From assembly GCA_003553505.1 (NCBI GenBank), contig PWEN01000027.1, forward strand, positions 3,705 through 67,704: 64,000 nt of DNA. The letters run 5' to 3'. This document shows positions 25,204-34,309 of the stretch, in pieces. The DNA comes from Candidatus Nealsonbacteria bacterium (GTDB taxonomy: Bacteria > Patescibacteriota > Minisyncoccia > Minisyncoccales > PWPS01). A program made the translations under genes and the position numbers. Position 1 is the first letter of the stretch. Each line of letters begins with the position of its first letter. The notes beneath the pieces are model-generated. The model worked only from the letters and a program-made list of their open reading frames with translations. It was not told the DNA's origin and made no database searches.

Positions 25204-26834
25204 CGTTTAAATACTGACTGATAAATCGCTGATATCTCCGGAGACCTCATAAGACGCGCAACAATAAGATAGACGCAAAAAGAGACGACAGAAGCAACAC
25301 ATAACTGCAACAACTGTCCTTGCGCAAATATCTCTTCTAGTTCAAAGAAGTAGTCCACTGTATAGCGTGAAGTAAACGCCGCAATTCCTACAAAAAGAGA
25401 CGCGACAAGCGTTGCAAAAAAAGAGTTCATTATCTCCCTTCCTCTAAGACTCCCCATCTTTCTCTTTAAAAAGTACAATAAAAGAGAAAAGTGCACAATC
25501 CCGGAAACAAACAGTGCCATGGGAAAAGCGATAACCGCTATGTCGGCTATAGATTGTAGCTTCAGTACGCTTGCAGCAAAGTCACGTAAAATATTCTCAA
25601 AACCAAGAAGCCAGACAAAAAGAAAAGAAAGCACTATATTAAGCCCCATCGAGAAAAGTGAGGCAAAGAGAGGCGTTTTTGTGTCCTGCATAGAAAAGAA
25701 AGCACGGACAAGGATGTGTATAAGAGAAGTGGCAAAAAGCCCGAAAGCAAATATTCCCAGAGAAGCAGCCGTTAATCTTGTGTCTTGCCATCCGAACTCT
25801 CCTGTACCAAGGACAAGGCGCACTATCTCCGCACGCATAAAGAATATAAAAACACTAAGAGGAATAATAAAGAAAAGCACTTGTCTTACAACGGCACTAA
25901 ACTGCTCTACAAACTTTTCTTTCTTCTGCATTGCAATTGCTCGTGAGAACGCGGGAAAAGCGGCCACTGCAAACGCCACTCCGACTATGCGCACCGGAAA
26001 TGCTTGTAAGTGATCGGCAAAATTGAATATCGCTACACTTCCCGCTGTAAGTGTAGAAGCGATCGCTGTTATAACAATAAGGTTTATCTGTGTAGACGAC
26101 TGTCCGATTATGCGTGGAACTACAAGTCGAATGACCTTACGAAGATCTTTTTGTTCAAGGTCAATAAATGGCCTGTAAGAGTACCCACAAGAAAAAGCAA
26201 TAGGAACCTGAATTAAAAGGTGCATGAGAGAGCCCAGCACAACTCCATAGGCAAGACCCACAAGCCCGAACATATCAACAAAGAACAGTATTCCGAAGAT
26301 AATGCCGAGATTATACATTATGGGAGCCAAGGAATATACGAGGAAACGGTCAAAGTACTGCAACATCCCCGACAAAACACTGGAAACTCCGAGCAAAACG
26401 GGGCTTATCATCATGATACGCGTAAGAAGAACGGTCTTCTCCGCCTGCTCCGGTCCAAATCCGGGAGCGATAAGTTTCACTATAAGCGGTGCAAAAGAAA
26501 AAAGTATAACAGAAAGACACAAAAGAAGAAGCAATAGAAAGTTCAAAGTATTGTTTGCCAACCTCCAGCCTTCTTCTTTTTTTCTTTCCAGTGTTTCCGC
26601 AAAAACAGGAAGAAAAGCAGCTACTATTCCTCCCGTTATAAGTATTCCGTAAACCATGTCGGGAATACGGAACGCGGCAAAGTAGATATCTAGCTCCTCT
26701 CCTGCACCAAATTCTCCCGCTAAAAGACGATCTCTTAAAAGACCGAGAAGCGCACTAACGCCCACTGAAAAAGCGATGAGCGCAGCAGAAAAAGTGATCG
26801 TTCTTGATTGTAGATTTAATATGCGTCGGATCAT
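25200..26834 (-). CDS. murJ: Lipid II flippase MurJ
   Basis: LGLLRDRLLAGEFGAGEELDIYFAAFRIPD, 14-TM profile. Start moved to the ATG at 26834 (MIRRILNL) because the track's first 21 codons lie inside the RNase P RNA. Confidence 0.85.
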   Translation of the reverse strand: MIRRILNLQSRTITFSAALIAFSVGVSALLGLLRDRLLAGEFGAGEELDIYFAAFRIPDMVYGILITGGIVAAFLPVFAETLERKKEEGWRLANNTLNFLLLLLLCLSVILFSFAPLIVKLIAPGFGPEQAEKTVLLTRIMMISPVLLGVSSVLSGMLQYFDRFLVYSLAPIMYNLGIIFGILFFVDMFGLVGLAYGVVLGSLMHLLIQVPIAFSCGYSYRPFIDLEQKDLRKVIRLVVPRIIGQSSTQINLIVITAIASTLTAGSVAIFNFADHLQAFPVRIVGVAFAVAAFPAFSRAIAMQKKEKFVEQFSAVVRQVLFFIIPLSVFIFFMRAEIVRLVLGTGEFGWQDTRLTAASLGIFAFGLFATSLIHILVRAFFSMQDTKTPLFASLFSMGLNIVLSFLFVWLLGFENILRDFAASVLKLQSIADIAVIAFPMALFVSGIVHFSLLLYFLKRKMGSLRGREIMNSFFATLVASLFVGIAAFTSRYTVDYFFELEEIFAQGQLLQLCVASVVSFCVYLIVARLMRSPEISAIYQSVFKR

Positions 26835-26846
26835 GATAAACAAAAA

Positions 26847-27173
26847 ACTCAAGCAGGGAGTAAGCCGAATTCTGTTACCCTTTCGGGCGGTGATCATCTA
26901 CCTGGGCTCCGAGTTACCCCGAAGCTCTAGCGAGCTACCAATACTTGCTCTTGCATCCGGATAAGGGTTTAGCCGTTTCACCCCTCATCTTTCGATGAGG
27001 ACTACTCCTCAAGGGAGCCGCTTCTCCTTGCGGAGAAACGCGTCTCTGCTCGCACCTCTCGGATTACTCCGGACGGGTGTTACCCGCTATCCTTTTAACC
27101 CCTAAAAAGGGGTGGATGTTCGGACTTTCCTCCCTCCGCATATGCGGAGAGCGATCACCTCTCCTGCTTGAGT
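26847..27173 (-). ncRNA. rnpB: RNase P RNA, bacterial type A
   Basis: The minus strand contains GGGAGGAAAGTCCGAAC (P4 5' strand) and ACAGAATTCGGCTTAC (P4 3' strand, compensatory to GTCCGAA). It also has GGGTAACACCCG, GCGAGCAGAGA, GGGGTGAAACGG and GCCCAGGTAGATGATCACC. The P1 helix pairs ACTCAAGCAGGAG (27173..27161) with CTCCCTGCTTGAGT (26860..26847). Confidence 0.85.
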
Positions 27174-27206
27174 TGCTTTTTACCGTAACACAAAAAGCAG
27201 GAAAAA

Positions 27207-28619
27207 TCAAGAATTAAAGGACACAAAAGTAAGTGCGTTCTTTGTCGGCTCGCTCCTCTCTCTGTGTTGTCCGTGTATAATTATCATCGCCTCTTCCGGT
27301 ATCTCTAGCTTCCTCTTGGATAACTTTTCAAGTATAAGCTCGGAAGAGTGGAACTCATATGTAAGAGAAGAACAGTAAATGGGAGTAACTCCGTAATAAA
27401 GAGTCATTATCTCCGCTGTTTTAGGGTTGCTTGTGATCGCTACCACGGGCACCGGAAGACGGAAAGCGGAAAAAGTTTTTGCGGAATATCCCGTTTCCGT
27501 AAAAATGGCTGCCATATCGGTCTTTATCTTTCTGCTTTCCGTCATTAAAGCAGCAGAGTTTATAATAAAATCCGTAGGATTCTTCAGCTCCAATCGCACT
27601 TTCTCAAAAACATCGAACTGTTCGTTAAAACAAAGTATGTCACGCATCGCGGAAACTGTCTCCACGGCATACTTGCCCATCGCCGTCTCCTCGGAAAGCA
27701 TAACAGCATCTGTACCATTAAATACCGCATTTGCTACATCAGTAGCTTCCGCTCTTGTGGGGCGCGGATTTTCTATCATAGAGTAAAGCATCTGAGTGGC
27801 AACAATGACCGCTTTCCTTTGCATGCGACACTTATATATTATCTTTCTTTGCCAAAAAGCAAGCTCTCCGATGGGGATCTCTACTCCTAAATCCCCTCTT
27901 GCGATCATGACCGCGTCAGAGGCATCAATAATTTCATCTATGTTATCGAGAGCATGCTTGTTCTCTATCTTTGCAACCACACCGGCCTCTATTCCTCTTT
28001 TGTTAAGCTCTTCGCGAAGCATGGCTATATCTTTCTTGGACCGTACAAAAGAAAGAGTGACAAAGTCAACTTTACTCTTTGCCATTGCGTCAAGTTTTTC
28101 CAAGTCGCTGTCCACAATAGAAGAAACATCTATATACTTACCGGGAACATTCATGCTCTTCTTGTGCTTTATTGTTCCTCCGTTGCTTGCCTCTGCGATG
28201 ATAGACCCCTCTCTCTTTTCTTTTACGAAAAACTTCAACAGCGCATCATCAATGAAGAAAGCGTCTCCTTCGTCGAGAGATTGAAAGACAACGTCCTGTG
28301 GGATAACAACGTTTGCGTCTTCATTGTCAAAAGAGCTCCCGATAGTAAGTATATCTCCTTTGCGAATACATATATCCGCACTTTCACGAGTTTCGATCCT
28401 TATCTCAAATCCCTGCAGGTCTATAAGTATTCCTATTGCTTCTCCCATAGAGTCCGCTACTTGCTGCACTCTCTCTATGCGCTCTTTATGAGACTCCGCA
28501 TCTCCATGCTTCATATTAAAACGAAAAACGCTCACCCCCTCTCTTATCATGCCTTCTATTTTTTCCGAGGTATTGGAGACGGGTCCTACCGTTGCTATTA
28601 TCTTTGTTCTCTTTTTCAT
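27207..28619 (-). CDS. pyk: Pyruvate kinase
   Basis: KIIATVGPVS, MIARGDLGVEIP, ATQMLYSM. 470 aa. Confidence 0.9.
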   Translation of the reverse strand: MKKRTKIIATVGPVSNTSEKIEGMIREGVSVFRFNMKHGDAESHKERIERVQQVADSMGEAIGILIDLQGFEIRIETRESADICIRKGDILTIGSSFDNEDANVVIPQDVVFQSLDEGDAFFIDDALLKFFVKEKREGSIIAEASNGGTIKHKKSMNVPGKYIDVSSIVDSDLEKLDAMAKSKVDFVTLSFVRSKKDIAMLREELNKRGIEAGVVAKIENKHALDNIDEIIDASDAVMIARGDLGVEIPIGELAFWQRKIIYKCRMQRKAVIVATQMLYSMIENPRPTRAEATDVANAVFNGTDAVMLSEETAMGKYAVETVSAMRDILCFNEQFDVFEKVRLELKNPTDFIINSAALMTESRKIKTDMAAIFTETGYSAKTFSAFRLPVPVVAITSNPKTAEIMTLYYGVTPIYCSSLTYEFHSSELILEKLSKRKLEIPEEAMIIIHGQHRERSEPTKNALTFVSFNS

Positions 28620-29296
28620 ATGTTCCTTATCTTGCAGGGCACAAACTCGCCCATTATCTTTTTAAACTCTTTCATCTCTTCTTCCGAGAAAGATCTTATG
28701 GAAAGAAGACTCTCATCGAGCGTCTTCTGTGCAAGAAAGTTCTGCAGGAAGTGTATTTTGGATCCTTCTATAAGCTGTCCTATTTTATAAATATCCTCCT
28801 TTGTGTGAAATCCGGGAACAACAGTGGTACGAAACTCATAATCCTTCGCGGACCGCATTACAATATCTATGCTTTTCTTTATGTTATCACTTTCATAAAA
28901 ACCCACCTCTTTATATCTTTCCAAGGGAAGCTTTACATCCATAGCAATATAGTCTGTAAGAGACAAAACTCTCTCTAGTGTGTCGGGGTTTGAGCCGTTA
29001 GTATCCAACTTAACAAGGAATCCTTCTTTTTTTATCTTTTCCAAAAACTCTCCTATCCTCACACTTACCGTCGGCTCCCCTCCACACACTACAACCCCTT
29101 CCAGTTTTCCCTTTCTCTCACTTAAGAACTCAAAGAACTCCTCTTCTTTCATTAACACTTCTTCTTTTTCCGGCAAAACAAGCTCCGGATCATAGCACCA
29201 AGGGCAACGAAAATTACACCCGGAAAGGAACACTGTACATGCCACCTTTCCGGGATAATCTATAAGAGTAAATCTTTGGAGTCCTCCTATCTTCAT
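28616..29296 (-). CDS. nrdG: Anaerobic ribonucleoside-triphosphate reductase activating protein (radical SAM)
   Basis: CNFRCPWCYDPELV (CxxxCxxC), GGEPT. Overlaps the upstream gene by 4 nt. Confidence 0.85.
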   Translation of the reverse strand: MKIGGLQRFTLIDYPGKVACTVFLSGCNFRCPWCYDPELVLPEKEEVLMKEEEFFEFLSERKGKLEGVVVCGGEPTVSVRIGEFLEKIKKEGFLVKLDTNGSNPDTLERVLSLTDYIAMDVKLPLERYKEVGFYESDNIKKSIDIVMRSAKDYEFRTTVVPGFHTKEDIYKIGQLIEGSKIHFLQNFLAQKTLDESLLSIRSFSEEEMKEFKKIMGEFVPCKIRNI

Positions 29297-29571
29297 GCCA
29301 CGTACTCCTTTCTCTCGCTATACTCCTGCCTTTTTCCGTCATTCCACTGTTTTACAGGCCTCAAATAACCAACAATACGAGAGTAAACCTCGCACTCCTT
29401 GTACTCCGAGAGAGAAGGATTGTTTTCAAGACACTTTTCACACTTGAAAACAAAAAGTTCCTTGCCATCCTCTTCATATACGGCAAGAGAAAGATCTTTC
29501 TTGCTTTGACAGTCAAAGCAGAAAGCATCCGCTTCACGTGCCTCTTTTTCACTTGTAAATATTTTTTTCAT
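29293..29571 (-). CDS. Stand-alone NrdD C-terminal module: Zn ribbon plus glycyl-radical loop
   Basis: CFDC...CEKC followed by EVYSRIVGYLRPVKQWNDGKRQEYSERKEY. This matches the class III RNR C-terminal consensus (RxxGY...WNxGKxxE). Its ATG overlaps the nrdD TGA (ATGA). Confidence 0.7.
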   Translation of the reverse strand: MKKIFTSEKEAREADAFCFDCQSKKDLSLAVYEEDGKELFVFKCEKCLENNPSLSEYKECEVYSRIVGYLRPVKQWNDGKRQEYSERKEYVA

Positions 29572-31565
29572 TTTATTACTTTTTTAGGACTTTTAATTAC
29601 ACACTTGGGACAACGATTTACCTCACCTTTAATATAACCACATTTGGGACAAATTGAAAAGGTGGGGGTAATAGTCACATATGGTAAAGCATAATTCTCA
29701 AACACCTTACGAATAAGGTTTTTGGCAGCATCGGCATCCGGCAATCTCTCGCCAAGAAAGAGATGTAAAACTGTTCCTCCTGTAAAGGTCTGTTGCAACT
29801 CGTCTTGCAGCTCAAGCGCTTCAAAGGGGTCATCCGTGTAGTTTACGGGAAGGTGTACAGAGTTTGTATAGTAAGGAGCATCTTCTGTTCCAGCAGTGAT
29901 GATGTTGGGATAATTATCCTTATCAACACGCGCCTGCCTGTAAGAAGCTCCTTCACCCGGCGTAGCTTCCAGATTGTAAAGATTTCCTGTTTCTTCTTGG
30001 TACTCCACCAGCTTGTCATTCATAAAGTTCAAGACCTTTAAGGCAAAGCTCCTTCCTTCTTCCGAAGCAATATTTTCCTTGAGGAAATTTAAAAGCGCTT
30101 CATTCATGCCAATAAGCCCGATGGTAGAGAAATGGTTTCCAAAATATGATCCACGCAACTGCTTTACAGAAGAAAGATAATGTTTCGTATAAGGATAGAG
30201 GCCCTTCTCTGTAAAGTTCTCCAGCACTTTGCGCTTTATCTCCAAGCTCTCCTTTGCGAGATCCATTGTCTCTCCCAGCCTTTCAAAGAACTGCTCTTCT
30301 GTTTCAGAAAGATACCCTATACGCGGAAGATTAATGGTTACCACTCCTACGCTTCCCGTAAGAGGCTGTGATCCGAAAAGTCCTCCACCGCGCTTTATAA
30401 GTTCACTGTTATCAAGTCGCAAACGACAACACATGCTACGAAAGTCCTCCGGGTTCATGTCGGACTGAATAAAATTAGAAAAGTAGTTTATTCCATACTT
30501 GGCGGTTGCCTCCCACATCTTATCTAAAGTCTCGTTCTCCCAATCAAACTCTTTCGTAATAGATATTGTCGGTATAGGGAACGTGAAAACTCTACCCTTT
30601 GCATCACCTTCCATCAAAACTTCGTAGAACGCTTTATTGAAAATATTCATCTCTTCTTGAAACTCTCCATACGTCTCCTTTTGCGGCTTTCCTCCAATTA
30701 TTATAGGTTGATCCTTCATAAATTTCGGAACAGTAACATCAAGCGAAACATTTATAAACGGTGTCTGAAATCCCACACGAGTAGGCACCATGCAATTAAA
30801 AACAAACTCCTGCAAGGATTGTTTTACCTGCTTGTAGTCCAGTTTATCCCTTCTTATGAACGGAGCGAGAAGCGTGTCAAAATTACTCATCGCTTGCGCT
30901 CCTGCAGACTCTCCTTGGAGAGTAAAAAAGAAGTTCACTATCTGGCCCAACGCAGGCCGCAGGTGCTTGGGAGGCTTAGACTCTACCTTAGAGGTAACTC
31001 CTCCAAAGCCACGCACAAGAAGATCCTGAAGATCCCATCCGCAACAGTAAGTGGCAAGAAGGTTTAAGTCATGTATATGAAAGTCCTGATTCTTAGCAGC
31101 CTCACGTATTCTTTCAGGATATATCTTGTTTAGCCAATACTTCTTAGAAATATTAGAGGTAGCATACTGATTTAATCCCTGCAGAGAGTACGTCATGTTA
31201 GCGTTCTCCTTTATCTGCCAGTCTATCTCATCAATGTACTTTTCTATGAGCTCTGTAGAATCATCAAAAGAGGCCTCTCTCACTTCTCGACGTTTTTCTC
31301 TGTATATTATGTAGGCACGAGCCGTCTCTGCAAGACCCTCCATGATAAGCACCTCTTCTACAATATTCTGTATATCCTCCACTTGAGGTACATCATCTCT
31401 ACTAAACCTTCTCAACAAAAGATCAACAGCTTTCTTGGAAAGCTCTCCTGCTTCACTCTTACCTCCTTCTTTTGTAAAAGTGAGCGCTTTATATATCGCT
31501 TGCTCTATCTTTTCAACCTTAAAATCTACTTGTTCCCCGTTTCTTTTTTGGACTTTGGATATCAT
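29568..31565 (-). CDS. nrdD: Anaerobic ribonucleoside-triphosphate reductase, large polypeptide lacking the glycyl-radical loop
   Basis: N-terminal ATP-cone (VQKRNGEQVDFKVEKIEQAIYKA), class III core, and an end at ...TITPTFSICPKCGYIKGEVNRCPKCVIKSPKKVIK-stop. Confidence 0.9.
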   Translation of the reverse strand: MISKVQKRNGEQVDFKVEKIEQAIYKALTFTKEGGKSEAGELSKKAVDLLLRRFSRDDVPQVEDIQNIVEEVLIMEGLAETARAYIIYREKRREVREASFDDSTELIEKYIDEIDWQIKENANMTYSLQGLNQYATSNISKKYWLNKIYPERIREAAKNQDFHIHDLNLLATYCCGWDLQDLLVRGFGGVTSKVESKPPKHLRPALGQIVNFFFTLQGESAGAQAMSNFDTLLAPFIRRDKLDYKQVKQSLQEFVFNCMVPTRVGFQTPFINVSLDVTVPKFMKDQPIIIGGKPQKETYGEFQEEMNIFNKAFYEVLMEGDAKGRVFTFPIPTISITKEFDWENETLDKMWEATAKYGINYFSNFIQSDMNPEDFRSMCCRLRLDNSELIKRGGGLFGSQPLTGSVGVVTINLPRIGYLSETEEQFFERLGETMDLAKESLEIKRKVLENFTEKGLYPYTKHYLSSVKQLRGSYFGNHFSTIGLIGMNEALLNFLKENIASEEGRSFALKVLNFMNDKLVEYQEETGNLYNLEATPGEGASYRQARVDKDNYPNIITAGTEDAPYYTNSVHLPVNYTDDPFEALELQDELQQTFTGGTVLHLFLGERLPDADAAKNLIRKVFENYALPYVTITPTFSICPKCGYIKGEVNRCPKCVIKSPKKVIK

Positions 31566-31640
31566 TATTTTACTAAACTTTACTTTTCAAGTACTGCATA
31601 AGCTACGCAGCAATTTTGCCATTATATAACAATTTAGAAC

Positions 31641-32747
31641 TCACCTCAAGTACCTCCTTTTTTTTAACTTGGAAGGCAAAAAACTCTCCCGAGAATACTT
31701 TTCATACCCTTTTCCGTAACCCATTTCACGCATCATCTTAGTAGGAGCATTCCTTATTTTTTCAGGAACAGGAAGCTCTCCGTAGCTTTTCACATCCTCC
31801 ATGGCTCTCAAAAATCCTTCGTAAGCGCGACGATCCTTTTTGCAAGAAGAAAGGTACACGACGCCGTGTGCAAGATTTATACCACATTCCGGCAAACCAA
31901 CCGTTTCTACGGCACGAAACACCTCATTTGCCACCACCACTGCAGTGGGCTGTGCAAGACCGACATCTTCTGAGGCAAAGATAACCATTCTTCGTGCAAT
32001 AAATTTGGGGTCTTCTCCCGCATTTATCATACGCGAAAGATAGTAAAGCGCGGCATCCGACTGACCGGCGCGCATACTCTTTATAAAAGCAGATGTCGTG
32101 TCGTAATGTTTCTCTCCTTTTTTGTCGTAATAAAGAACTCCCCCTTGCAAGACACTCTCCAGCGTGCTTGGATCAACTTTTCCATAAAGCCTATAAGCGT
32201 TCTCCACCAAGCTTATGCCACGCCTCGCATCACCATCCGCCATTCTTGCCACCCACTCAATAGTCTTCTTGCTCATCTTTATGCCGGTACGCTTTAATAT
32301 AGACTCTACATCATCATCTTCCAGTTTGTAAAAAACAAAAACACGACAACGAGAAAGCAATGGAGAGATCACCTCAAAACTGGGATTTTCCGTGGTGGCA
32401 CTGATAAGCACTATCTTCCCGGACTCCACATAAGGAAGCAGAAAATCCTGTTGCGCTTTGTTGAAGCGATGTATCTCATCTAGAAAAATAACTCTCTTTC
32501 CTCTCTTTAACGCCTTTTTTATATCCTCCTTTCCCGCGGAAACAGCAGACATCTCCTCTATTTCATCTCCGGCATATATACGAGCTAAGGTAGTTTTACC
32601 CGTTCCGGGAGGGCCCCAAAAAATAACCGAAAAGAGGTGTCCCTTTGAAACAGCGACATGCATCGGTTTCCCTTTTGCGGTCAAGTGCTTCTGTCCCACA
32701 ACCTCCTCTATATTTTGGGGGCGTATTTTTGATGCAAGGGGTTCCAT
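31641..32747 (-). CDS. rarA: Replication-associated recombination protein A (AAA+)
   Basis: FWGPPGTGKTTLARI, IFLDEIHRFNK, MgsA C-terminal YYLSRMINAGEDPKFIARRM. The ATG at 32747 lies 1 nt after the upstream stop; the track start at 32795 is TTG. Confidence 0.85.
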   Translation of the reverse strand: MEPLASKIRPQNIEEVVGQKHLTAKGKPMHVAVSKGHLFSVIFWGPPGTGKTTLARIYAGDEIEEMSAVSAGKEDIKKALKRGKRVIFLDEIHRFNKAQQDFLLPYVESGKIVLISATTENPSFEVISPLLSRCRVFVFYKLEDDDVESILKRTGIKMSKKTIEWVARMADGDARRGISLVENAYRLYGKVDPSTLESVLQGGVLYYDKKGEKHYDTTSAFIKSMRAGQSDAALYYLSRMINAGEDPKFIARRMVIFASEDVGLAQPTAVVVANEVFRAVETVGLPECGINLAHGVVYLSSCKKDRRAYEGFLRAMEDVKSYGELPVPEKIRNAPTKMMREMGYGKGYEKYSRESFLPSKLKKRRYLR

Positions 32748-32748
32748 T

Positions 32749-33081
32749 TTAACGCAAACTTTCCCATTCCCTGACATCCCTTTCGCTAAAGCCAAAGTGG
32801 TGTGCTATTTCGTGATAAACAGTATCTCTCACAACATCTCGCACTTCTTCTCTGTTGTTTCGTGCAACACGAAGAATGGGTTTTTTAAATATAGTTATTT
32901 TATCCGGAAGCTCTCCTCCCGACCCTCTTCCCCACTCCGTCTTAGGAACTCCTTCATAGAGACCCAAAACGTTATCTTCATACACACCCTCCTCCACACA
33001 GATAGCAACGTTATCCATCATCTCTCTTATGTCCCGGGGGAGAGAATCAAGGGCCTCTACAACAAGCTTTTCAAAATTCAT
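32749..33081 (-). CDS. Small zincin-like metallopeptidase-family protein (DUF1025-like)
   Basis: HExxH motif in VYHEIAHHFGFSERDV. 110 aa. Confidence 0.6.
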   Translation of the reverse strand: MNFEKLVVEALDSLPRDIREMMDNVAICVEEGVYEDNVLGLYEGVPKTEWGRGSGGELPDKITIFKKPILRVARNNREEVRDVVRDTVYHEIAHHFGFSERDVREWESLR

Positions 33082-33323
33082 TCCAAGAGAAGTACAAGGG
33101 AACCTTTTTTGGGAGCCTGAGAAACCTTAATACTGACTGCCTCTCCCTTCTTTCCTTCCTTTACGTCCTCTCCTTCAATCTGCATAGAATCCACTGTTTG
33201 CTCGAACCCCTCTCCTTCTTTTTCAATTCTTACGTCGTCTCCCACTTTCAGATCTCCGTGAAGCTCTACTACGGCCGCACTCACCTTTCCGTAATAATGG
33301 GTGATTTTGCCGATGGGCTTCAT
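33078..33323 (-). CDS. Small beta-barrel protein resembling EF-Tu domain II
   Basis: 81 aa. ITHYYGKVSAAVVELHGDLKVGDDVRI...GEAVSIKV pattern. The assignment is weak. Confidence 0.4.
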   Translation of the reverse strand: MKPIGKITHYYGKVSAAVVELHGDLKVGDDVRIEKEGEGFEQTVDSMQIEGEDVKEGKKGEAVSIKVSQAPKKGSLVLLLE

Positions 33324-33330
33324 ATTTTAT

Positions 33331-33810
33331 TTATTTTTTATAACTCGACCTTTCCCAACGATAAAGCTCTTGGTGCCACTCATCCTTGAGAATATTTGTC
33401 GATACCTCTTGCTCTTCCTGCCAACTGCTGACAACATCACGAAAATCCTCTGGTGGAATAGTATAGAAAGCGTCTTCTTCTTTGGATATGTGAAGCAAGC
33501 AATACTCCTCTGTCTCTCTTTCCGCGACCACAACCATCCCTTTTCCTATTACATCTACGACCATATCGCCCTCAAAGTTTACCGTCTCACACTCCTTTGC
33601 AAACTTTGCAAAACAATCGAGATCGTCCTTGCATCTCGCTTCCATGATAGGGCCCTCATAAGGGCTCACTCCTTCCGGGACAGAAGGAGGGGTCTCTATC
33701 ACTCCTCCTTTGTGTATAAAGTTTAATACAGGTATGGTGGCAAGAAATACCAGAACAAAAACAACCACCCCTGCAAGAGAGAGAATTTTAAGTAAAGTCT
33801 TCGTACTCAT
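33331..33810 (-). CDS. Membrane-anchored hypothetical protein
   Basis: N-terminal TM LSLAGVVVFVLVFLATIPVL and a Cys-containing ectodomain. 159 aa. Confidence 0.5.
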   Translation of the reverse strand: MSTKTLLKILSLAGVVVFVLVFLATIPVLNFIHKGGVIETPPSVPEGVSPYEGPIMEARCKDDLDCFAKFAKECETVNFEGDMVVDVIGKGMVVVAERETEEYCLLHISKEEDAFYTIPPEDFRDVVSSWQEEQEVSTNILKDEWHQELYRWERSSYKK

Positions 33811-33914
33811 GCTTTCTTATTTTGGCATAAATGAGATCTTTTGGAAATAGATTGACAAGAGACCCCTTTTTAATATATAATTTAGTATCTTTGAACATAA
33901 AAAAGGAGGGAAGC

Positions 33915-34241
33915 ATGAAAGAAGAAGAAATATTCTCTGAGCTGAGAGACCACGGGTTTCAGCCGCAAATGTGTGTTACGGCAATCCCCTATTTGAGCGA
34001 CAAAAAAATACTAGAAGTGGTGTGCAGATGTACTGATGTAAAAGTTTGCATTGCGGCCGTGGAGAGCGTAAGCTCTCAGGAAAGCATTTTGCATATACTG
34101 CAAAAATGCGATCACCACATCGACGTCTGCAGAAAGGCGATACCACTCCTAAAGGCTTCTTATCTCTCGTGGCTCGTAAACGAATGCCACTACCGTCGCG
34201 ATGTGGTGGAAGCGGTTCTGCAAGAACTAAAGAGCCGCTAG
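33915..34241 (+). CDS. Hypothetical Cys-rich protein
   Basis: The ATG at 33915 is preceded by AAAAGGAGGGAAGC; the track start at 33831 lacks an SD. 108 aa. Confidence 0.45.
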   Translation: MKEEEIFSELRDHGFQPQMCVTAIPYLSDKKILEVVCRCTDVKVCIAAVESVSSQESILHILQKCDHHIDVCRKAIPLLKASYLSWLVNECHYRRDVVEAVLQELKSR

Positions 34242-34247
34242 CTCTTT

Positions 34248-34271
34248 AAAGGCACATAGGTGCCTTTTTTT
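34248..34271 (+). terminator. Rho-independent terminator
   Basis: aaaggcac-atag-gtgccttt followed by tttt. Confidence 0.65.
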
Positions 34272-34272
34272 A

Positions 34273-34301
34273 TTGCACTACAAAAATATTTGATGTATCA
34301 T
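34273..34301 (+). promoter_or_regulatory. Candidate promoter TTGCAC-17-TATCAT for efp (leaderless or near-leaderless)
   Basis: -35 at 34273..34278 and -10 at 34296..34301. The efp ATG starts at 34310, only 8 nt after the -10, with no SD. Confidence 0.4.
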
Positions 34302-34309
34302 AGACCCGT

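Noticed and set aside
26835-26964. N-terminal 21 codons of the 565-aa murJ ORF, and plus-strand ORF 26776..26964.
   Set aside because: Both overlap the 3' half of the RNase P RNA. murJ homology starts at MIRRILNL (ATG at 26834).
27954-28790. 278-aa plus-strand ORF, together with similar long antisense ORFs at 20374..21066, 32458..33120, 2367..2837, 27796..28284 and 50775..51221.
   Set aside because: Each lies entirely antisense to a gene with unmistakable conserved motifs (pyk, prfB, rarA and others). Their products are low-complexity Ser/Leu/Phe-rich, and they lack SDs. They are shadow ORFs of low-GC, Glu/Lys-rich coding sequence.
29361-29571. Possibility that the nrdD TGA is read as Gly (code 25), fusing nrdD to downstream sequence.
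   Set aside because: Read-through in frame gives the Arg/Leu-rich nonsense of ORF 29361..29552, not the glycyl-radical motif. The prfB UGA frameshift site and the presence of RF2 argue that UGA is a stop.
31585-31620. NrdR-box-like AT-rich palindrome (TTGCCATTATATAACAA) upstream of nrdD.
   Set aside because: There is only one poor copy, whereas NrdR operators normally come as a phased pair. It coincides with a plausible TATAAT -10, so composition alone explains it.
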